From Euryarchaeota archaeon UBA52 (GTDB taxonomy: Archaea; Thermoplasmatota; Poseidoniia; Poseidoniales; Thalassarchaeaceae), in contig DAVB01000002.1 in the NCBI GenBank assembly GCA_002505455.1, positions 1-62,588 of the forward strand: a DNA stretch of 62,588 nt, given 5' to 3'. The position numbers were made by a program, and so were the translations under genes. Under the pieces are notes generated by a model. The model had not been told where the DNA came from and did no database searches. It was given only the letters and a program-made list of their open reading frames with translations. Shown here one piece after another: positions 25,008 to 37,124 of the stretch (position 1 is the first letter of the stretch; every line of letters starts with the position of its first letter).

Positions 25008-26288
25008 ATGGGAGGGCGCAAAAGGGGTATCGAGATATTTGTACAATCTGTATCAGATGGATCGATGTCTGATGAGGAGGTAATCGAATATCTCGCAGAA
25101 ATATTCGAGAATGGACTTGATTCAAGTGAGACGGTTCTCTTGACAAAGGAGATGCGGGACTCAGGAACTGTAATTCATTGGCCTGAAGAGATGAGCGCAC
25201 TCGTTGTTGACAAGCACTCAACAGGCGGTGTTGGCGACAAAGTGTCGATAGCCCTGGCACCTGCTTTAGCGGCCTGCGGAGCGAAGGTTCCGATGATATC
25301 GGGACGAGGGCTGGGACATACGGGGGGTACTCTTGACAAATTAGAATCGATACCTGGTTTTAGAACTGGTATCCCAGTTGAAGAATTAATCGAGCAGGTT
25401 TCGAAGATAGGAGTTGCAATGGTTGGTCAGACTGAAGACCTGGTTCCTGCTGACCGTCGGATGTATGCTCTGAGAGACATTTCTGGATTGGTGGCGTCTG
25501 TTCCACTTATCACTGGAAGTATAGTCTCCAAGAAGGCAGCAGAGGGAATTAGTGCACTCGTACTTGATGTGAAGACAGGCAGTGCCGCATTCATGAAAGA
25601 TAAGGCTTCAGCTGAAGAGCTAGCGTATTCCATGAAGAGCGTCGCTGAAGGAATGGGGATTTCTACAACTTGTCTGATAACATCGATGGATCATCCGATT
25701 GGGCACGCGGTGGGCAACTCCCTCGAGATTGTTGAGTCTGTTGAGGCACTTTGTGGAAGGGGGCCTGATGATCTGGAAGAGTTGGTGTGTATTCAAGGCG
25801 GCTTACTTCTCAGTTCGATAGGTTTGGCCGTTGATCAGGGACATGGATCGGCTATGATACTTGATTCACTCTACGATGGGTCTGCATTTAGTAAATTCTT
25901 GGAGATGGTAGAGGCGCAAGGGGGAGATGCATCGATATTCGATTCTGATCAAGGCATGTTTGCAGGCCTTGGCCTGATCGACTCCGAGCTATATTCGACG
26001 GACGTTCTCTCGGATTACGAAGGATGGGTTTCGAATATAAATGCGGTTTCGATTGCCGATTTGTGTCTTAAGCTTGGAGCAGGTAGAATAGAATTGGGGG
26101 GTTCGATCGACCATTCGGTCGGGATTATTGTCCACGTGGGGGTAGGAAGTCCGGTCTCAAAGAATGAGATCCTCGCCACAGTCTACCACAGGGAGGGGAA
26201 GTCTGATGATTTGCATGCTATTAAGGGCGCATTCGACATTTCCAAAGAGCCTCAATTCCCGTTATCTAGAATTTTAGGGGTCGTCTGA
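25008..26288 (+). CDS. pdp: Thymidine / pyrimidine-nucleoside phosphorylase (bacterial-type)
   Basis: VDKHSTGGVGDK, PMISGRGLGHTGGTLDKLESIPG, ADRRMYALRD, LITGSIVSKK, VLDVKTGSAAFM, LGAGR. Confidence 0.9.
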   Translation: MGGRKRGIEIFVQSVSDGSMSDEEVIEYLAEIFENGLDSSETVLLTKEMRDSGTVIHWPEEMSALVVDKHSTGGVGDKVSIALAPALAACGAKVPMISGRGLGHTGGTLDKLESIPGFRTGIPVEELIEQVSKIGVAMVGQTEDLVPADRRMYALRDISGLVASVPLITGSIVSKKAAEGISALVLDVKTGSAAFMKDKASAEELAYSMKSVAEGMGISTTCLITSMDHPIGHAVGNSLEIVESVEALCGRGPDDLEELVCIQGGLLLSSIGLAVDQGHGSAMILDSLYDGSAFSKFLEMVEAQGGDASIFDSDQGMFAGLGLIDSELYSTDVLSDYEGWVSNINAVSIADLCLKLGAGRIELGGSIDHSVGIIVHVGVGSPVSKNEILATVYHREGKSDDLHAIKGAFDISKEPQFPLSRILGVV

Positions 26289-27323
26289 TTAGACGTTTGG
26301 CGCTCTACCAGCCATAATTCGCCTCCATATTGGAGGTATTAAGCAAGGCCACCAACACGCGTAGTAACCAGAAGGCAGAGTTGGGGCATCGGGGTGAGGT
26401 CGGAGTTTCCAGAAAGGTACGGATGCGCGAAGATGGTGATCGCTATGACGAGTTAATTCGAGAAGACTCCAGCGTGACCACTTCGCTTCAGTGTTCCATG
26501 CATGCTCTGCTTGAAATTTCTTATCCGAATCATCACGTCTGAGTCCCCAGTGTCGGATGTAGTTGACATATTCGAGAGTCAAAATTGCTATCGAAGATAG
26601 AACGAACCAGCCGATAGCGATTGATGCTGCCTGCTTGTAGCCCGAGAAATATGCAACTGTCAGGACAGCAAATGTCGAGATTTGAATCAAGAGGCCTCTC
26701 CATGAGGGGTTTGAAAGGCCTGTTCTTCCTTTTTTATTGTGTATTCGCACGGATGATGAAAACTGCCCGGGAATGGTCCTGAGCCAGAATGACCAGATTC
26801 CTTCCTCAACTCTTGCACTCGCTGGATCTTCATCAGTGGCCACATTCCGATGATGGTTATGGTTATGTTCGGTTGTGAAATGAGGGTAGTTTATGCTGAA
26901 GAGGAGGAGTCGTGCCAGTCGCCATCCTGGACTTCTCGGACGTTGATGGCCCAGTTCATGAGCGGTCACTATTGCTGATGCCGCTGCTGCTAGACCTGTG
27001 GATAATGAGGCTGCAATAAGCCAAACTGTGAGTCCTTCTGAGAATGCAAAAATGAAGAATGAGCCCATCATTACAAAGTGTACAACCCCATGAATCCAGA
27101 GTAGCGTCATGAATGGCGTCCCAGAATCCCTAGGGGGACGAATGGTCTTTGACTGGCCCATCACAAGATCGAGAATTGGGCCGACGACCCATATGAAAAC
27201 GACGCCTAGGAGCGTATATGCTCCTCCGAGAAGATTCCCGGCGATTACCAGGGAGGGGCTGATGAGACCCAAAAGATGCAGAGGCCAGGGTTCGGGAGCC
27301 AGTGGCTCAACAACATCTTCCAT
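26289..27323 (-). CDS. alkB: Alkane 1-monooxygenase (AlkB)-like di-iron membrane enzyme
   Basis: His boxes HELGH, EHNHNHHRNVATDEDPASAR, NYIRHWGLRR, LTRHSDHH; LPSGY; N-terminal TM helices. Confidence 0.85.
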   Translation of the reverse strand: MEDVVEPLAPEPWPLHLLGLISPSLVIAGNLLGGAYTLLGVVFIWVVGPILDLVMGQSKTIRPPRDSGTPFMTLLWIHGVVHFVMMGSFFIFAFSEGLTVWLIAASLSTGLAAAASAIVTAHELGHQRPRSPGWRLARLLLFSINYPHFTTEHNHNHHRNVATDEDPASARVEEGIWSFWLRTIPGQFSSSVRIHNKKGRTGLSNPSWRGLLIQISTFAVLTVAYFSGYKQAASIAIGWFVLSSIAILTLEYVNYIRHWGLRRDDSDKKFQAEHAWNTEAKWSRWSLLELTRHSDHHLRASVPFWKLRPHPDAPTLPSGYYACWWPCLIPPIWRRIMAGRAPNV

Positions 27324-27376
27324 GTTCTGTGTTAGAAGGGAGAATGGAAAAAGGTGTGCATAAACGCACTATTCGA

Positions 27377-27898
27377 TTATTCGTACAAAATAGAATGCGT
27401 TTTCCTCGCTTTAGCCACCTTAGGGGCAACTGAAAACATACAGTATGGCTGATTTGGATTTCGCTCGAAATAATCCTGATGATAATCCTCAGCGGGCCAG
27501 AAAACATCGATTTTTTCTAACTCTGTAACTATCTCATTCTCGTAGAATTCAGATGCTTTCAGAATTGCATCTTCTGCGATCATTCTCTGATTCTCATTTC
27601 CATAGAATATGCAACTCCTGTATTGAGGCCCGATATCATTCCCCTGCCTGTTGATTTGTGTCGGGTCGTGAAGGGTGAAGAATACGTCTAGAATATCCTG
27701 AAGTCTTAATTCATCAGGATTGAATGTGATTTTGACTACTTCGGCATGTCCTGTTTTCTTTCCACATATTTGCTCGTATGACGGATTAGAGACATTTCCC
27801 CCGGAATACCCGGATTCGAGTTCTATAATCCCCCTAAGCCCTTTCATGCCTCCTTCGATGCACCAGAAGCAACCGCCCCCGAGTACTATCTCATCCAT
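27377..27898 (-). CDS. msrA: Peptide methionine sulfoxide reductase A
   Basis: GGGCFWC, SGYSGG, TGHAEVV, HDPTQINRQGNDIGPQYRS, AEDYHQDY, YC. Confidence 0.95.
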   Translation of the reverse strand: MDEIVLGGGCFWCIEGGMKGLRGIIELESGYSGGNVSNPSYEQICGKKTGHAEVVKITFNPDELRLQDILDVFFTLHDPTQINRQGNDIGPQYRSCIFYGNENQRMIAEDAILKASEFYENEIVTELEKIDVFWPAEDYHQDYFERNPNQPYCMFSVAPKVAKARKTHSILYE

Positions 27899-27933
27899 AA
27901 TTGAATGAAAAGGCCCTATTGTATCAATCTACG

Positions 27934-30162
<2,229 letters not shown>

Positions 30163-30188
30163 TATATCAGGAGTTTCTGGCATCGATC

Positions 30189-30524
30189 ATGCCTGCCATG
30201 ATTGATGGAATACACGTTGTAAGTACTGAAACGATTCCCGGATTCATAATCAAGGACCAACTTGGGGTGGTCTCAGGTTCAACGGTTAGAGCGAAAAATG
30301 TTGTACGTGATTTTACACAGATGCTGAAGAACATCGTAGGGGGGGAGTTGCCCCAGTATACGGAGTTACTCGTTGAATCCCGAAATGAGGCCTTCGCCAG
30401 GATGGTGGCCGATGCGAAAGCCAGGGGTGCCAACGGGGTTGTGAATCTGAGATTCGCAACTTCCGCCGTATCACCTGGCGCAGCTGAATTATTCTGCTAC
30501 GGAACCGCCGTAGTCACAGAATGA
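30189..30524 (+). CDS. YbjQ / UPF0145 family protein
   Basis: VSTETIPG...LGVVSG...LKNIVGGEL..YTELL..SRNEA..RM...A..RGANGVVNLRF...ELFCYGTAV. Confidence 0.88.
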   Translation: MPAMIDGIHVVSTETIPGFIIKDQLGVVSGSTVRAKNVVRDFTQMLKNIVGGELPQYTELLVESRNEAFARMVADAKARGANGVVNLRFATSAVSPGAAELFCYGTAVVTE

Positions 30525-30541
30525 ACTTGGGGGAGTAGCCT

Positions 30542-31102
30542 CTGGAAACGAGTGAGCTTTTGTTCTACGCTGTATGCGGAATTCCGCTACTTCTACTTGT
30601 CCTGTGGGGCGTATTTTGGAGCATATACGGGCTCCTATTCTCGTTCGCTTATCCATTCATGTTCCTGTATGGCGCGTTTACCAGCTCATCGAAAAGGAGA
30701 GAATGGCAGGACAACCTGTTGATACGCGAGAAGCAAACCCTTTCCAAAACGGGCAAGGATGTACTTTCTATGGATAAACTACGAAGGCCCCAAGATGTAT
30801 CTGAGTCGGGTGTAATCTGGACAAGCATAGTGATTGGTCCCAGTCACTGGCAGCAACTACTTGCAGCGATTTACATGCTGTTCGGAGGTTCTATTGATAT
30901 CTATCGTGATTTGATAGCATTGGGGAGATCGGAAGTATTCCAGAGGTTGCGGGAAATGGCTACTGACAAGGGATATGATGCAGTAATAGGAGTCAGGCTG
31001 GATACGAGCATGATAGGTACGCACAGGGGAAAGAGCCAAGGTTCTAAGGGGATCGAGATATTTGCATATGGGACTGGTGTAAAATTTGATAAATCTCTCT
31101 GA
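30542..31102 (+). CDS. YbjQ / UPF0145 family protein with N-terminal TM helices; probable CTG start
   Basis: N-terminal hydrophobic stretch, then FGGSI..YRDL....RSE...RLREMA..KGYDAVIGVRLDT...IEIFAYGTGV. SD GGGGGAG (30529-30535) is 6 nt before in-frame CTG 30542; the track start is TTG 30560. Confidence 0.72.
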   Translation: METSELLFYAVCGIPLLLLVLWGVFWSIYGLLFSFAYPFMFLYGAFTSSSKRREWQDNLLIREKQTLSKTGKDVLSMDKLRRPQDVSESGVIWTSIVIGPSHWQQLLAAIYMLFGGSIDIYRDLIALGRSEVFQRLREMATDKGYDAVIGVRLDTSMIGTHRGKSQGSKGIEIFAYGTGVKFDKSL

Positions 31103-31192
31103 TATGTATCGATTATCTGTCTTTAGATGGTAAATCTTGCAAAATTAAGGAATCATTCAAGGCAATTAGCCATTACAAAGGCGAATGAGGAT

Positions 31193-32212
31193 ATGGTCCA
31201 GAGCCCCGTGACGAAGATTGAGCCGCGTATCGCGGCTAAGCTTGCTAAGCAACGCTACCATCTGGTGGGCGAGCATGGCGGTGTCAAGGTCTGCCACTGG
31301 ACGAAGCAGTCCCTGATTGCGGACAGATCGTGCTACAAGGGAACATTCTACGGCATAGAGAGCCATGGGTGCATGCAGATGGCACCCAATGTGGATACTT
31401 GCAATCTAGGCTGCACCTACTGCTGGAGAGAGCCGCACTCAGATACTCTGAATAAAATCGACGATGACCCATATGAGCTCTATCTCCAGAGCGTTAGGGC
31501 CCATCGGAGGCTTCTGACAGGATTTGGCGGCAACCCGAAGGCTGATCGGGAGAAGTGGCTCGATGCCCAGAATCCGAAGCATGTCGCGATTTCTCTTAAT
31601 GGGGAGCCTACTCTCTACTCAAGACTAGGAGAGTTTCTCGATATATGTCATCAACATGGGACCAGTACCTTTCTTGTGACAAATGGCAGTCTTCCGAAAG
31701 TGATCGAGAGTCTGGATCCTCTACCCACTCAGCTTTATGTCAGTGTAGATGCTCCTAACAAAGAGATATTTGATCGGCTCTGTAAACCTAAATTCGATCA
31801 ATCTGCCTTCTACAAGCTTGAGCAGACTCTTGAGATTCTTCCATCGCTCGATACGAGAACGGTGTGCAGGCACACGCTCATCAAAGGCGAGTCTATGGGC
31901 CACCACGAGGATTATGCGAGGCTTGATCGGTTGGCTGATCCGGACTTCATTGAAGCGAAGGGTTACGTGTATGTCGGCAATAGCAGAAACAATCTGAGTA
32001 TTGAGAATATGCCGAGCCACGACGAGGTGATGGAATTCTCACAAGAGCTTGCACCGTTGGTAGACCGTGAGGTCTTGTCTGAGAGGCGTGAGAGTCGTGT
32101 GGCCCTTATTGGAAGGGAGATGATTCCTGTTAAACTGCCGGAGAAGATACGGGATCTCCCGAAGGATCTTGGTATTGCAAAGCCCCAGAACTTGTCTCTT
32201 CCGACGCTATGA
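31193..32212 (+). CDS. taw1: 4-demethylwyosine synthase Taw1/TYW1 (radical SAM)
   Basis: VKVCHWT, CYKGTFYGIESHGC, CNLGCTYCWR, HVAISLNGEPTLY, TFLVTNG, EAKGYVYVG.SR. Start ATG 31193 after GAGG. Confidence 0.93.
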   Translation: MVQSPVTKIEPRIAAKLAKQRYHLVGEHGGVKVCHWTKQSLIADRSCYKGTFYGIESHGCMQMAPNVDTCNLGCTYCWREPHSDTLNKIDDDPYELYLQSVRAHRRLLTGFGGNPKADREKWLDAQNPKHVAISLNGEPTLYSRLGEFLDICHQHGTSTFLVTNGSLPKVIESLDPLPTQLYVSVDAPNKEIFDRLCKPKFDQSAFYKLEQTLEILPSLDTRTVCRHTLIKGESMGHHEDYARLDRLADPDFIEAKGYVYVGNSRNNLSIENMPSHDEVMEFSQELAPLVDREVLSERRESRVALIGREMIPVKLPEKIRDLPKDLGIAKPQNLSLPTL

Positions 32213-32224
32213 GGCAAGTTGGTC

Positions 32225-33238
32225 CTAAACAGGGACCATTGGCCTTGAAGAGCCGCATGATGGGCATTCTTGTGCTTCATCTGTGTAAACATACTTGCAT
32301 GCAGGGCAAACGGCAGCTAGAGTCAGATTGACAGGGGTAGTGTCGTCATCAGGGTCTTTTTCATCAGCCCTGGATATCGTCAAACCATCGCCATCAGGAT
32401 CGATATCAAATCTACCTGGGCCGCCGAGTTGGGTTAGGACTTCTGGAGGTAACGTCAATGTCCCTGTCTCATCGATTATGAGAGTTCGAGTGCTACTCAG
32501 ATCAGCGATGTCCACGTCATTTCCGTGTTGAGCGATAAATCTCCCCTCTCTCAGTTCGAGTGATCGATCTGCGAATGACGCGACTTCTCGGCTGTGGGTT
32601 ACAAGCAAGAATGCCACATCCTCTTCCTCGTGTAATTTGGCGAATAGAGACAGTACCTCTCTGCTAGTGATAGGGTCTAATGAGCCAGTTGGCTCATCAG
32701 CGAGTATGAGTTTTGGATTGGTGATAAGCGCTCTCGCAATGGCGACCCTTTGTTGCTCACCTCCGGAGAGCTGGGCAGGCATACCATTCGATCTATCGCC
32801 CATTCCAAGTTTATCGAGAAGCGCTTGTGCCTTTCTTCTGGAAGTTGCCGCGCTGACTCCACGATGTCTGAGTGGCTGCGCTACATTGTCAAGGGCGTTT
32901 AGATCAGGCAACAAATTAGCATCTTGGAATATGAATGAAACAGTTTCTTGACGTAAGCGGACTAGGTCTTGCCCCGTCAGTCGATTGATCTGAAGGCCTT
33001 GGAATGATACATCTCCAGCGCTGGGTTTCATTAGGCCACCAAGGCATTTGAGAAGCGTTGATTTTCCTGATCCGGAAGGACCCACTACAGCTACTGCCTC
33101 GCCGGGGCATACTTTGACATGAAGCCCCCGGAGTGCGACGACATTGCCATCCAAAGCACTTGATTCGTACACGTGGTAAAGGCCTTCGGCCTGAAGGATG
33201 TAATGCGGCTCTTGGTTACTAACATGGAATCCCCTCAC
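32225..33238 (-). CDS. LolD/MacB-type ABC ATPase with C-terminal AbrB-like domain and C4 zinc ribbon
   Basis: GPSGSGKST, LSGGEQQR, ILADEPTG, H-loop VTH; tail IDETGTLTLPPEV...DGDGLTI then CPAC...CPSC. GTG start after SD GGGGGAG. Confidence 0.9.
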   Translation of the reverse strand: MRGFHVSNQEPHYILQAEGLYHVYESSALDGNVVALRGLHVKVCPGEAVAVVGPSGSGKSTLLKCLGGLMKPSAGDVSFQGLQINRLTGQDLVRLRQETVSFIFQDANLLPDLNALDNVAQPLRHRGVSAATSRRKAQALLDKLGMGDRSNGMPAQLSGGEQQRVAIARALITNPKLILADEPTGSLDPITSREVLSLFAKLHEEEDVAFLLVTHSREVASFADRSLELREGRFIAQHGNDVDIADLSSTRTLIIDETGTLTLPPEVLTQLGGPGRFDIDPDGDGLTISRADEKDPDDDTTPVNLTLAAVCPACKYVYTDEAQECPSCGSSRPMVPV

Positions 33239-33242
33239 GATA

Positions 33243-36200
33243 TCACTCCCCCTTTAGAACAACTGCTAGATCTGAATTCAGTGCACGTCTGGTGACCATC
33301 AGGAGAGCTGCGACGACGCTGACCAATACGAAGGCGTTGACGATTGCAAGTTCCATCCAAGGCCAGACGAGCGTCCTATCTACCGTTGCTTGCGATCCGA
33401 GGAAGATCTGGAATATGAATCCAAAAATATCGAAGAATCCGTTGAATGATTGTGCAATGCCGAGACCGAGGAGGATACCCAGGCCCATGCTCATTCCCAC
33501 TATGGCCAGTATCTCGAAGAGGACGAGTTTGATGATCTGCGAAGGGCTTGCTCCAATTGCTTGGAGGATGGCTAGCTCCTTCTTTCTCTGTGTCAGAACC
33601 AATGACAGGAATACGAAGGCTGAAGCCACTGAAGCCATAGATGCGACTACGAATTGAAGACTGAGGAGTCCCTGTGTACCGAAAATAAGACCCCCATTTC
33701 TCTCGACTTCGGAATGCGCACTGTTCCAATCGGATGCAACCGAGACACCTTGAATATTGACCAGCTCCGCGCTGAGCCGCTCAAGTGCGTCTTTACAATC
33801 AGCATTCGACTGGTCGCAGACTTCGAAGAACCAACGAGGGGAGGTGTGACTATCGACGGTTGCATTCCCCGCAAGTGTTCTGTATGTCGATTCGCCCATT
33901 AAAACGGCCTGTGTGGACTCTGCTCCGGTCATACCAGGCACCCACTCATGCGTTCCGATATACTGGAGGTTTGCTGAGGTGTACGTGATTGATATATCGA
34001 CCCCACTGTCTGTAAATATGGGTGTGAATGTTGGAAAGAATATTTCTACAGACCCACTATCAGTCTCGAAGAAGTCTAGGGCACTTTCCCCTATGGTGAC
34101 CGTGTTGCCGCCATAACTGTCCCAAGGAGCAGCTTGTTCATCCCAAATCAGAGTATCTTCATGGCCATCGAACAGCACGAGTGCGGGTACTAGCCCCCCT
34201 CCCTCCTTTGCAGCGACGAAAGTAGACCCCACGGAAATCATTGAGTCTACATTGTCGATCGCATCAGCCCCTAAGTTCTCAATCGCAGATTCTACTCGCT
34301 GGCGAGCGACGTCCTCTGAGACTGGGCCCTCGAATTGGACCTGGATGTCTGCTCCCACCTGAGCAGAGGCCGTTCTCTCATCCACAAGGGTGCCAGTGTA
34401 CCCCTGAACCGCGGCTAATGTAACGATTGATAGGGTCAAAAGTAGGATCACAGCAAGGCGATTAACAGATTCATTCGACCCTGATGATCTGAGTCCTCTC
34501 CGAATATCTGCTACAGCCTTCGACCATCCCACGATTTTGAGCACTATGCGCGGTGCTGCACCGCCGATTCGTCCGAGAACAAGAGCTCCGCCTATCCATA
34601 GGGCGAATGGGCCGAGTAGGGCGATTAAGGAGTCAACGAAAAAGCCGGTTATGATTCCACGTTCGCCGAACGGGCCCCAGCCCCCTGAGGTCTCTATGTA
34701 GCTCTCTACTGTGGCAATTATACCCATAAAGAAAGCCAGTATGTGCAACCAAGTCCTTGGTTTCTTTACGCCCTTTACCTTGCGGACCCCTTCATCGATT
34801 TCCATCTCGAGGAAGTCCTTGGTTCGAGCCCTTGCAACTAGATACGCTATCCCCACTGTGAGAAGGAAAACTGCGATAGTGTAGCCAACTCCTAGAGTGG
34901 GGTTGAGGTCTATGTCTCCCTTCTCGAAGGACATGAAACCGACTGCATCTAGAATGAGGGGGACTGAAAGTAATGCAACGATGTATCCAAGAAGCCAACC
35001 TACGATTGAGATAGCGGTCATCTCTCTCAGGACCATTCCCCTCAAACCGCGCTCGGTTCCCCCAATCACTCTGTGAATGGATATCTCTCTCTTGCGCTGC
35101 TCCAAGGATAGTACCAGCCCATAGACGAGTACTGCGAAGGAGAGTATGACTATGGGAATCATCAAGATGTAGTCGAAAACTTGGACAAGTCCAAGGAATA
35201 TTCTGAAGAAGAATAGTGAGCCGGCAATTAGATCATTGTATCTGATCTCGATTTCCTCGTCCGGCCCGTATCCTTCTCCCTCCAATTCTTTCTTGACATC
35301 TTCAAGCCAATCGGCTGCATCATCAGTGGAAGACGTCGGGAGGAGGCTTCTATCTATGGCGACTCCAAGATAGCCATGATCGTTGGCCATCAATACAGTC
35401 TTGTCCGATTCTGAAAGTGCCATATCGCCTACGATTACTGGGTTGAAGAGTAGCGTAGGATTGGTAAATGGCCATTCCTCATAGACGCCGACTATTGTCA
35501 GATTTGTGAGCGACATTGTCACGCTGCAGAACTGATAGCCGCCCGAATCTATGACTCTGGTGACCACCTCCCCCTCGCAATCCGTGAGTTCGCTTCCACT
35601 CGGTTGCGAGTCTGTCACATATGTGAGATTGAGATATGTGATTGTGTCATTGACCATCACCTCCGCTTGGCTAGCTATCTTACTGGGGAGTATGACCGGG
35701 TTTATTCCTGGTTGGACTGATTCAGGCCATGAGCCGTAAAGTATCCGATCGGAGTATCTGTTAGCAAGCTCCCCATCGAAATGTGATGAGTCAACGATTC
35801 TCAGAATACGGCCCCCGTTTATGGACGGGCCGTTCTCTAGCGCCTCCGGGTAATCCCATGAGACGCCGTCCCAGTTTCCGGTTGGGCCAGCAGCATCGAC
35901 GGCGTTCAAGGGCTGCGGTATGGCGAAGGCGCTGTCGAAGAATCCGCTTAGGCGTATTCCCTGTCGTCCGAAAACCAAGCCACAATCAATTATCTCCTCC
36001 CTATCCAAAAGTTCATCGCACACTGCAGACCATTCAGCCGAATCATTCGTTCTGGTCGTCCAATCAGATTCGCTATTGAAGTCGACTTTCGCATCGTAGA
36101 CTTCGTCAGAAAGCCCTCTCTGTAGAGCGCTCTGGGATAGGCCGACTCCGTAAGCAAAAACAGTGGTTATCACGAGGGATGCCAAGAATACGCCTGCGAA

Positions 36201-36317
36201 TACTGCAAGTCCTCTTTCTCTACCCCTCCATGCACTGCGGATTGCCGTGGAAAGATCAGATGAGATATCGGATAATTTATCCGCCATGGATTGATCCTCG
36301 AGTTTCTTCATACTCAT
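33243..36317 (-). CDS. FtsX/MacB-like (type VII) ABC permease with two fused halves, 1024 aa
   Basis: Two repeats of TM + large extracellular domain + 3 TM, with EQRKREISIHRVIG and QRKKELAILQAIGAS motifs. ATGA overlap with the upstream ATPase. Confidence 0.88.
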   Translation of the reverse strand: MSMKKLEDQSMADKLSDISSDLSTAIRSAWRGRERGLAVFAGVFLASLVITTVFAYGVGLSQSALQRGLSDEVYDAKVDFNSESDWTTRTNDSAEWSAVCDELLDREEIIDCGLVFGRQGIRLSGFFDSAFAIPQPLNAVDAAGPTGNWDGVSWDYPEALENGPSINGGRILRIVDSSHFDGELANRYSDRILYGSWPESVQPGINPVILPSKIASQAEVMVNDTITYLNLTYVTDSQPSGSELTDCEGEVVTRVIDSGGYQFCSVTMSLTNLTIVGVYEEWPFTNPTLLFNPVIVGDMALSESDKTVLMANDHGYLGVAIDRSLLPTSSTDDAADWLEDVKKELEGEGYGPDEEIEIRYNDLIAGSLFFFRIFLGLVQVFDYILMIPIVILSFAVLVYGLVLSLEQRKREISIHRVIGGTERGLRGMVLREMTAISIVGWLLGYIVALLSVPLILDAVGFMSFEKGDIDLNPTLGVGYTIAVFLLTVGIAYLVARARTKDFLEMEIDEGVRKVKGVKKPRTWLHILAFFMGIIATVESYIETSGGWGPFGERGIITGFFVDSLIALLGPFALWIGGALVLGRIGGAAPRIVLKIVGWSKAVADIRRGLRSSGSNESVNRLAVILLLTLSIVTLAAVQGYTGTLVDERTASAQVGADIQVQFEGPVSEDVARQRVESAIENLGADAIDNVDSMISVGSTFVAAKEGGGLVPALVLFDGHEDTLIWDEQAAPWDSYGGNTVTIGESALDFFETDSGSVEIFFPTFTPIFTDSGVDISITYTSANLQYIGTHEWVPGMTGAESTQAVLMGESTYRTLAGNATVDSHTSPRWFFEVCDQSNADCKDALERLSAELVNIQGVSVASDWNSAHSEVERNGGLIFGTQGLLSLQFVVASMASVASAFVFLSLVLTQRKKELAILQAIGASPSQIIKLVLFEILAIVGMSMGLGILLGLGIAQSFNGFFDIFGFIFQIFLGSQATVDRTLVWPWMELAIVNAFVLVSVVAALLMVTRRALNSDLAVVLKGE

Positions 36318-37042
36318 GATTCGACCCCCGCATCTTCGCCCCATGCAGACCTTATGTCGGAACTTGCAGTGACGCCATCCCTCATCAGAAGCATCCGATC
36401 TGCCTTTGATGCCAAGAGCGGGTCATGGGTTACCATCAACACAGAAATTGGATCATCGGGATCGGAGCAGAGCTCCTTGAATAATTCGATTACTGATTCT
36501 CCCGCTTTCACATCGAGATTGCCCGTTGGTTCATCGGCCAGCAGAAGCGGCCTGGATCCTGCGATGGCCCGCGCGACGGCAACACGCTGCTGCTGTCCTC
36601 CAGATAATTCATTTGGCATGAATCTCATTCTCTCAGAGAGGTCCACTCTTTCCATGGCTGATATGGCTCTCTGCTCTGCAACTTCAGAACTCATGCCTGC
36701 TAGTTCGAGCGATAGTATGACGTTCTCCAAGGACGTAATGTGGTCAAGAAGATGGAAATCCTGGAAAATCCAGCCCACGCCCTTTCTCCTAACTTCGATG
36801 ACTTGATTCGGGGATTTCGTACCATACTTCATCGGAGGATCGGCATTGATTTTGATACTGCCTGAGTCACCCTTCAGGAGGCCGCCGATGATGTTCAGAA
36901 GCGTTGACTTGCCACAACCAGAGGGGCCCATCAAGGCAACTAATTCCCCTTTTTTCATAGAGAGATCGACGCCTTTCAACACCTCAAGCCTACTTGAGCC
37001 CGTGCCGAATCCCTTCTTCAGACCCGACACCTCTAGGAGCAT
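36314..37042 (-). CDS. LolD-like ABC transporter ATP-binding protein
   Basis: GPSGCGKST, LSGGQQQR, LLADEPTGNLD, VTHD. Confidence 0.92.
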   Translation of the reverse strand: MLLEVSGLKKGFGTGSSRLEVLKGVDLSMKKGELVALMGPSGCGKSTLLNIIGGLLKGDSGSIKINADPPMKYGTKSPNQVIEVRRKGVGWIFQDFHLLDHITSLENVILSLELAGMSSEVAEQRAISAMERVDLSERMRFMPNELSGGQQQRVAVARAIAGSRPLLLADEPTGNLDVKAGESVIELFKELCSDPDDPISVLMVTHDPLLASKADRMLLMRDGVTASSDIRSAWGEDAGVES

Positions 37043-37124
37043 ACTAACGTGACGAGCACTGAACCATTATGATTCTTCGTCTGATGTAATGCTGCTTCAT
37101 TATGCATACGTTCCTTGGACTATC

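Noticed and set aside
33212-33232. SD-like GAGGGG followed by an out-of-frame ATG at the ABC ATPase start, suggesting a frameshift
   Set aside because: GTG 33238 has its own well-spaced SD (GGGGGAG) and is in frame, so no shift is needed.
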